Of a stretch of 64,000 nt of DNA, positions 57,937-64,000 are shown piece after piece. The notes under the pieces were generated by a model. The model did not search any database and was not told where the DNA came from. It was given only the letters and a program-made list of their open reading frames with translations. The DNA comes from Burkholderiales bacterium. Its GTDB lineage: Bacteria > Pseudomonadota > Gammaproteobacteria > Burkholderiales > SG8-39. The stretch spans positions 6,402 to 70,401 of the forward strand of contig JBJXEY010000163.1 of the NCBI GenBank assembly GCA_046153355.1, in the 5' to 3' direction. The translations under genes were made by a program, and so were the position numbers. Position 1 is the stretch's first letter; each line of letters opens with the position of its first letter.

Positions 57937-58971
57937 CTACCGCGCCTTCGACAAAGCATTGATGTCGTCAACCGTCTGCTTCATTTCGCGCGACAGGCGC
58001 TCGAATTCCTTGGATGCCGCTGCGGGCGGCATATCCACTAGCACCTTGTAGACGCGACGCCGCAGATCCAGGTATTGCAGCATCAGTTGGTGCAAGCGTG
58101 CTTGTTCGGCTTCGGGCTCGAAGCGATAGGCCGAAAAGCGGCGGTGAATTTCATCCCATTGAGAGGAAAGCTCCCGCAACTGTTTCTTGGAATCGACTTC
58201 TTGCCACTTTGGCACCAGCGCCTGCGAGATCGCCATCAACTCTTTTTCGCGTGGGCCAAACCAACGTAGATCTGCGGTGAAGTCACGCGCCGCATTGCGC
58301 GCGGCGATTTTTTCCGGTGCCGCGCCGGGTGCGAATATCAGCAAGCTCGCCAGCACGCCGACGATTACAACGGAACCGGTAGCGGCGAACGCCGTTCCAT
58401 GCCAACGCGACAGCACGTAAGCGCAAATGCCGCCACCCACCAAGCCACCCGCATGCGCGGCGTGATCAATGGGCGCGTCGCTGACGCCCATCACCACCGA
58501 ATAGATGAGAAAAATACCGATGCCGGTGGCGTGCGATTTCAACATCGCCACCGGCACGCGATTGCGCGAATCCAACATAAACACCAGCATCGCGCCCAAC
58601 ACGCCGCAGATGGCGCCCGAGGCCCCCACACTATTGACCAACGGGTTCCAGTAGACGCTCGCCAAGCTGCCGGCTAATCCCGATAGCACATAGAGCACGG
58701 GAAAACGCGCGCGCCCAAAGAACATCTCGCACAATCGGCCTAGATCGAACAAGGTAAACATGTTGACCGCCAGGTGCACCAAGCCCCCATGCAGGAACAT
58801 GGAACTGGCCAACCGCCAGGGCTCGCCGCTCAAGGTTTGCGGGCCGAAATTGGAGCCCCAGCGGATGAGCGCTTCCGAATCGGCGTTCATCCAGCCATTG
58901 CCGGCCATGCCGAAGGCGATGAACACCAGCACGTTGGCGGCCGCGATGGCGGATACCCAGAACATGGGCAT
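57937..58971 (-). CDS. Rhomboid-family intramembrane serine protease with ~150-aa C-terminal helical extension
   Basis: WRL.SSMFLHGG..HL..NM, catalytic GASGAICG, AH.GG motifs. Confidence 0.85.
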   Translation of the reverse strand: MPMFWVSAIAAANVLVFIAFGMAGNGWMNADSEALIRWGSNFGPQTLSGEPWRLASSMFLHGGLVHLAVNMFTLFDLGRLCEMFFGRARFPVLYVLSGLAGSLASVYWNPLVNSVGASGAICGVLGAMLVFMLDSRNRVPVAMLKSHATGIGIFLIYSVVMGVSDAPIDHAAHAGGLVGGGICAYVLSRWHGTAFAATGSVVIVGVLASLLIFAPGAAPEKIAARNAARDFTADLRWFGPREKELMAISQALVPKWQEVDSKKQLRELSSQWDEIHRRFSAYRFEPEAEQARLHQLMLQYLDLRRRVYKVLVDMPPAAASKEFERLSREMKQTVDDINALSKAR

Positions 58972-59146
58972 GGCGGGTATTAACCTTTGCGCGTTCTAGC
59001 GGCGCGGCTAAGCCACGCCACAGGGGGTTGCCATCGACTCTTTATTTGCCAATTATGGCAACCCAATCTATTGATAATGAAGGTAGCGCATAGATGAGCA
59101 GCAATAGAAGTTCAACTTTCCGCTCATCGCGTCACCTTGAATCCGA

Positions 59147-60289
59147 TCAAATACGCTCGACGATATGCATGCCGCGATAACGATCAATTAGGTAAATAAG
59201 CCCGCGATCATCCTGGAACACATCGTTGCTCACCACCTTCTTGTGGCCTGGCGCGGGGTCAGGCATGTAGGAAGCCACTTCTTTCATGCAGCGCGGGTTT
59301 GAGATATCAAGAATTCGCAATCCTTGGTTAAACCATGCGCAAGGCACTTCCATGCCGCGAATGTGCTCCACCGGTTGATGGCAACCGGTCTGCTGCGGGT
59401 GAACTTTTCCATCCAAACCCTCAACCTGAAAGCTTGATACGACAATCGGTTTTTTCTCGTCGGTGATATTCACCATCCACAAAGCCGCCGGCATCTGGCA
59501 GGGCTCGGGTAGGTCCTTGGGCAACACATCTTCGTCAGCCACCAACATCCAGCGTTGACCGTGAATGGCAAACGGAATCGGCACCAGCGAGTGACACGGC
59601 CAGGGAAACGGCGGGCTCCAATCGATCGATGACACGGTCTTGGGTTTCGACATATCCGAGATATCGACAATATGCCCGCCGCCGTGCCAATAGCTGACGT
59701 ACAGACGATCACCCATACGGATGGGGTGATGGCAACGTGGCTCCAGCGAACCGCGCACCGCCCAGGGGCGCGATTCGCCGCCCGCCGCCCATTGCCCCGG
59801 CATCCACCAGCGCCCAACTTCCTCGGGCTTGGCGGGGTCTTTCAAATCGAGGATCACCACGATGTTGGTGGTGAACCCTTCCATAGTCGGTGAGATGTAG
59901 GCGTAGCGACCATCGAAGGTGAAGCGGTGCACGCCATGACCCTTACACGCCCAGAATGTAATGAGCTTGGGTTGACTGGGATTGGAGACATCGTAGATCC
60001 CCAACCCGCCATTGAGATTGCGGATCTCAGGCACCTTTACCGCCGGGTCAACCTCATGGTTAATCAACATGATGCCGTTCTTGCCGATCGCCTTGTGCGA
60101 ATGCAGCCCTTGCGGAATAGTCAATTGCGAGAGCATCTTCGGCTTCTTCGGGTCGCTCACATCGACAATGCTGGTGCCCTCGGGCCCAGTGATGTGGCCA
60201 ATGTAAGCAGTGTTGCCATCCACCATGATCTGCCCCGCGCCGGCGCTGTCGAAAAATCCCACCTCGCGTACGCCTATTGCCTTGCTCAT
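59147..60289 (-). CDS. Cytoplasmic LVIVD-repeat-type beta-propeller protein, Cys/His-rich
   Basis: Repeated (I/L)VD(V/I)SDPxxPK units (IVDVSDPKKPK, IYDVSNPSQPK, ILDLKDPAKPE, IVDISDMSKPK, ILDISNPRCMK). No signal peptide. ATG 60289 preceded by aaggag. Confidence 0.6.
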   Translation of the reverse strand: MSKAIGVREVGFFDSAGAGQIMVDGNTAYIGHITGPEGTSIVDVSDPKKPKMLSQLTIPQGLHSHKAIGKNGIMLINHEVDPAVKVPEIRNLNGGLGIYDVSNPSQPKLITFWACKGHGVHRFTFDGRYAYISPTMEGFTTNIVVILDLKDPAKPEEVGRWWMPGQWAAGGESRPWAVRGSLEPRCHHPIRMGDRLYVSYWHGGGHIVDISDMSKPKTVSSIDWSPPFPWPCHSLVPIPFAIHGQRWMLVADEDVLPKDLPEPCQMPAALWMVNITDEKKPIVVSSFQVEGLDGKVHPQQTGCHQPVEHIRGMEVPCAWFNQGLRILDISNPRCMKEVASYMPDPAPGHKKVVSNDVFQDDRGLIYLIDRYRGMHIVERI

Positions 60290-60391
60290 GCCGCTGCTCC
60301 TTGAAAAATGAATTAGCCTCGATGAAGTTATATTACCTGCCCCGCCCGAATCACGGGCGAGCACCCACGAAAATTTCATGACGGAAACACT

Positions 60392-61336
60392 ATGACTATC
60401 GCGCATCGCATCGACGTTCACCACCATCCTTCCCCGCCCAGCTACATCAACGCGCGCGATAACCGTAATCGCTTCGCCACGCCGCAATTGCAATGGACGG
60501 TCAACCGGTCATTGGAGGATATGGATCGCGGTGGTGTAGCGACCTCGATACTTTCTCTGCCGCATCCGCCTTCCATCTGGCCAGCGGAAAAAGAAATCGG
60601 GCGGCGCTTGGCGCGCGAGTGGAACGAATACATGTCCGGCATGGCGCGCGATTACCCCGGCCGCTTCGGTGTATTTGCCGCGGTGCCGATATTCGATATC
60701 GAAGGATCGTTGCGCGAAGTGGAATATGCGCTGGACACCTTGAAGGCCGACGGCATTTCGCTCATGACCAATATCGGCGATCAATGGCTGGGCGATCCGC
60801 ACTACGCGCCGCTGTTCGAAGAGTTGCATCGCCGAAAAGCGGTTGTCTACACCCATCCGCATGCCCCGGCTTGCTGCGGCAACATCATCACCGAATTGAA
60901 TGACTCAGTGATCGAATACGCCACCGACACCTCGCGCGCCATCGCGAAATTGCTGTTTACCGGCTCGGCGGCAAAATTTCCCGACATTCGTTTCATCTTT
61001 TCCCACGGCGGCGGCACCATGCCCTACATCGCCGAGCGATTCTTTCGCGCGCATATCGGCAACCCGCTGCCGTTGAAAGAGCGCGTGCCCAACGGCGTGT
61101 TGCACGAATTGAAAAAACTCTATTACGACACCGCGCAGGCCTCGCACCCCTATGCCATGGGCGCGTTGACGAAACTCGTGGGTGCGTCGCAAATTATTTT
61201 TGGCACGGATTTCCCCTATCGCACTGCGGAAGACCATGTAAAAGGCCTCGCCGAGTGCGATTTCACCGTAGAGGAGCGGCAGGCGATCGACCGCGGCAAT
61301 GCGGAGCGCTTGATGCCGCGCTGGCGGCGCAAATAG
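60392..61336 (+). CDS. Amidohydrolase-2 family protein, paralogue B
   Basis: RIDVHHH, FSHGGGTMPY, GTDFPY; collinear similarity to paralogue A. Confidence 0.8.
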   Translation: MTIAHRIDVHHHPSPPSYINARDNRNRFATPQLQWTVNRSLEDMDRGGVATSILSLPHPPSIWPAEKEIGRRLAREWNEYMSGMARDYPGRFGVFAAVPIFDIEGSLREVEYALDTLKADGISLMTNIGDQWLGDPHYAPLFEELHRRKAVVYTHPHAPACCGNIITELNDSVIEYATDTSRAIAKLLFTGSAAKFPDIRFIFSHGGGTMPYIAERFFRAHIGNPLPLKERVPNGVLHELKKLYYDTAQASHPYAMGALTKLVGASQIIFGTDFPYRTAEDHVKGLAECDFTVEERQAIDRGNAERLMPRWRRK

Positions 61337-61456
61337 TAGCGTCGCTCGCGAAACACATCAATCATTCCATTGTTTAACTTTTATATGACGATATCTAATA
61401 AGAATGCCACCATCTGGTTAAATTCAATCTAGTAAGTAGAATACTCAAGGACACCT

Positions 61457-62578
61457 ATGCCCTTCCATCCTCCCTTCCGCGCCGAAGTTGTCGGCAGCCT
61501 TTTGCGCCCGGCAGCCATTCACCAATCCCGTGCGGATTTGGCGCAAGGCAAGATCAGCGCCGCCGAGCTGCGTGACACTGAATCCCGCTGCGTACGCGAC
61601 GCGGTGGCCATGCAAAAAAGCGTGGGCCTCAACGTTTGTACCGATGGCGAATTCCACCGCCGCCATTGGTTCATGGATTTCATCGAACGTATCGATGGCG
61701 TCACAATCAGCGGCACCATGGGCGGCAAGTTTCAAAACGCCACTGGTGATGCCGACTGGTCGCCGCCGCGCATCGAGGTCAATGGCAAGCTCGGGCGCTC
61801 GCGCGATCTCGCAGTACAGGATTTTCGCGATCTCGCTCCCGTGGCGAGGGACGCGGGGCTCCTTGCCAAGCAACCCATCCCCTCGCCCACCATCCTGCAT
61901 TTTCGCGGCGGGCGCGCGGCCATCTCCAAATCACATTACCCAGATATTGAAGCCTTCTACGCCGACCTAGCCGAGGTCTACCGGCAGGAACTTCGTGCGC
62001 TCTACGAAGCCGGCTGCCGCTACGCGCAAATTGACGAAACCAATCTGGCGTTTCTGTGCGACCCGAAAATTCGCGCGCAAGTCGTGGCGTTAGGCGAGAA
62101 CCCCGACACCCTGCCCGCCACTTATGCAAAGTTATTGAACGACGTGCTGCGCGACAAGCCCGTTGATTTTGTCATCGGCATGCATCTGTGCCGCGGCAAC
62201 CACGCCAGTTCCTGGATGGCCGAAGGCGCCTATGACCCGGTAGCCGAGGTGATTTTTGGCGGCATCAACGTCGATGCCCTCTTTGTGGAATACGACAGCC
62301 CACGCGCCGGTGGTTTTGCGCCGCTGCGTTATCTGGGCAAAAACCGTGTCGCGGTGCTGGGTCTGGTGACCACCAAGACCGCGCAGCTTGAATCCAAGGA
62401 TGATCTCAAGCGCCGCATTGACGAGGCCGCGAAGTACGCGCCGTTGGAACAGCTTGCGTTATCGCCGCAGTGCGGCTTTGCCAGCACCATTCTTGGCAAC
62501 AAGCTCACCGAAGACGATCAGCGGCGAAAATTGGATCTCGTTACCCAGACCGCTCGGGAGGTATGGGGGACGTCTTGA
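61457..62578 (+). CDS. Cobalamin-independent methionine synthase II (MetE C-terminal-like) family protein
   Basis: FRAEVVGSLLRP, DGEF.R, zinc-ligand contexts MHLCRGN and SPQCGF. Confidence 0.8.
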   Translation: MPFHPPFRAEVVGSLLRPAAIHQSRADLAQGKISAAELRDTESRCVRDAVAMQKSVGLNVCTDGEFHRRHWFMDFIERIDGVTISGTMGGKFQNATGDADWSPPRIEVNGKLGRSRDLAVQDFRDLAPVARDAGLLAKQPIPSPTILHFRGGRAAISKSHYPDIEAFYADLAEVYRQELRALYEAGCRYAQIDETNLAFLCDPKIRAQVVALGENPDTLPATYAKLLNDVLRDKPVDFVIGMHLCRGNHASSWMAEGAYDPVAEVIFGGINVDALFVEYDSPRAGGFAPLRYLGKNRVAVLGLVTTKTAQLESKDDLKRRIDEAAKYAPLEQLALSPQCGFASTILGNKLTEDDQRRKLDLVTQTAREVWGTS

Positions 62579-62630
62579 CTACTCGCTACTTAGCCTCGAT
62601 CCAGCGAAAGGCGGAGAGTTCTTGCACCGC

Positions 62631-63800
62631 TTATCGCCAGAGCTGCCTCGATGCGATTTCCGCGCCGCGCGCCAAAGCCTCGAACTTGGCATTGATGATG
62701 CGCATGTCGTAACCAACTGGACTGACGAAGGTGCCAAAGCCGTAATCCACGCCCGCGACGACGTTTTCCGGGCCGACGCGCTCGGCATAGCGCACAATTC
62801 TTTGCGCGACGAGTTCGGGATGTTCAACAACGAAACTGGAATTCGTCACCACACCTGGGATGATGCTCTTGCCCTCGGGTAACTTGAACTCATCCCACAA
62901 GATGAATTCATGTTCGTGCCTGGGATTGGCGCCTTCAAAGGAATAAGCACCGGCCTTCACTGACAACACCAGATCAAGCACGTCGCGTAGTTCCATGTCG
63001 GTGGTGCGCGGTGCGGCATCCACACTATGACAAGTGTGATGGCGAATGCGATCCTCAGGGATGCCGCGCAGCGCGTGATTGAGCGCCTCGACGCGCACTT
63101 TCGCCCAACGGCGTGCGTCCTCCACGCTCCAATCCAAGCGCCAAAGCATGATGCTCGCCAAGTGCGGATCGTCGATCTGCAACATCAGGCCCGAATTAAC
63201 GATGCCCAAGTATGCCTCGCGCAGCGCTTCGGCCACGGCGTAGAGATACTCTTCCTCGGTTTTGTAGTAATCGTTTTGGAACCAATCTTCCACGCAGGAG
63301 GGCGAAATCGAAGGCATGAAACCCTCATCAACGCCGCTCGCCGACATGGCGGTTTTGAGGTTGTCGATGTCGCGCTCCAGTTGCTTTTGACCGACATACT
63401 TGAGAGGAGCCACGCAGGTGCGTGCAATGCGTGAAGCGGGAATTGGAGCACCGGGAGGTGGCGGGGGCGGCTCGTTTGCTGCGTAGAACTCGGGAAACGC
63501 AATCGATTCGCGAGTGTTGGCGAAGGGTCGTTTAATCGTGGGTGGCTTGACCGGCTCGTAGCCGCTAAAGCGGGTGTGAACGTAGGTCATGAAACTTTCC
63601 TTGCCGAACTCACCATCACTCACCGTATCGATGCCCGCCGCATGTTGCATCGCCACCGTATCGCGCACCGCATTGGCGAGAATGCGTTCCGATGCAGAGT
63701 TGCCGTTTAGCTTTTCTTGCCGTACGAGATTGGCGAGGTCAACCGGCCGCGGCAAGCTGCCGGTGTGGGTGGTACGGATTCGCTTAGGGCTACGTAACAT
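62631..63800 (-). CDS. Divergent MetE C-terminal-like family protein
   Basis: THTGSLPRP, SDGEFGK, HHTCH. The last Cys context is replaced (VDYGFGTF). ATG 63800 preceded by aagga. Confidence 0.6.
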   Translation of the reverse strand: MLRSPKRIRTTHTGSLPRPVDLANLVRQEKLNGNSASERILANAVRDTVAMQHAAGIDTVSDGEFGKESFMTYVHTRFSGYEPVKPPTIKRPFANTRESIAFPEFYAANEPPPPPPGAPIPASRIARTCVAPLKYVGQKQLERDIDNLKTAMSASGVDEGFMPSISPSCVEDWFQNDYYKTEEEYLYAVAEALREAYLGIVNSGLMLQIDDPHLASIMLWRLDWSVEDARRWAKVRVEALNHALRGIPEDRIRHHTCHSVDAAPRTTDMELRDVLDLVLSVKAGAYSFEGANPRHEHEFILWDEFKLPEGKSIIPGVVTNSSFVVEHPELVAQRIVRYAERVGPENVVAGVDYGFGTFVSPVGYDMRIINAKFEALARGAEIASRQLWR

Positions 63801-63881
63801 GGGTTGTCCTTCGTAGGTCGCTAATGTGGCATTACTTGTTGAGCAGATTGACAGGGCAAATTCGAATTCTCGGTTCACTTC

Positions 63882-64000
63882 ATGCGATTGTTGTTCGCCT
63901 TACTTTTTGCGCCGGCACACGCGGGTAAGCCCTCGTGGATCTCGCTGTGGGGACCAGCCGGCCTTCCAAAGCCCATTCATTCAGGTTTGATCCCTAGTGC
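63882..64000 (+). CDS. 5' end of a secreted protein gene (truncated by window edge)
   Basis: ATG 63882 gives MRLLFALLFAPAHA/GKPSW..., a signal-peptide-like start; open to the window end. Confidence 0.3.
   Translation, partial: MRLLFALLFAPAHAGKPSWISLWGPAGLPKPIHSGLIPS

Noticed and set aside
63801-64000. Cobalamin or SAM riboswitch upstream of the divergent MetE-like gene
   Set aside because: There is no B12 box or SAM core. The region is short before the window edge and is better explained by the start of a plus-strand secreted-protein ORF at 63882.

Overview
Chromosomal segment of a moderately GC-rich proteobacterium whose gene order looks betaproteobacterial. That order is mutM; coaD-rsmD divergent from ftsYEX; rpoH; an aa3-type cytochrome c oxidase plus assembly cluster; rhodanese-grxC-secB-gpsA; gpmA-envC-ctpA; slmA-argB; hslVU-dksA-COG0523; dapF-DUF484-xerC; two lpxL-type acyltransferases divergent from metK. 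Up to about 39.7 kb the window is core housekeeping with very tight packing, including many 4-nt ATGA/GTGA overlaps.

From about 39.8 kb the content becomes accessory or metabolic:
- a class II aldolase plus two Bug/TctC binding proteins;
- an orphan acetolactate synthase large subunit preceded by an unannotated Val/Leu-rich leader peptide and terminator/antiterminator;
- an Xre(DUF2384)-RES toxin-antitoxin pair;
- an SAH riboswitch in front of ahcY;
- TfoX-N and TraX-like genes;
- an S41 peptidase fused to a large polytopic membrane domain;
- an HdrD/GlpC-like Fe-S protein plus a DUF3501-like protein;
- a MATE pump;
- a roughly 9-kb block of uncharacterised metal-enzyme-fold genes (TPMT-like methyltransferase, two paralogous amidohydrolase-2 proteins, a cytoplasmic Cys/His-rich LVIVD-type beta-propeller, two MetE-C-terminal-like proteins), interrupted by an orphan P-loop ATPase and a rhomboid protease.

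I saw no rRNA, tRNA, CRISPR array, transposase or phage genes. I found no single, clearly novel multi-gene system. The best candidates for follow-up are the ilv-type attenuator on an orphan ALS, the metal-enzyme block at 54.7-63.8 kb, the membrane-anchored S41 peptidase, and several unexplained repeat or hairpin elements. All family assignments come from motif recognition by eye and memory, not from searches.
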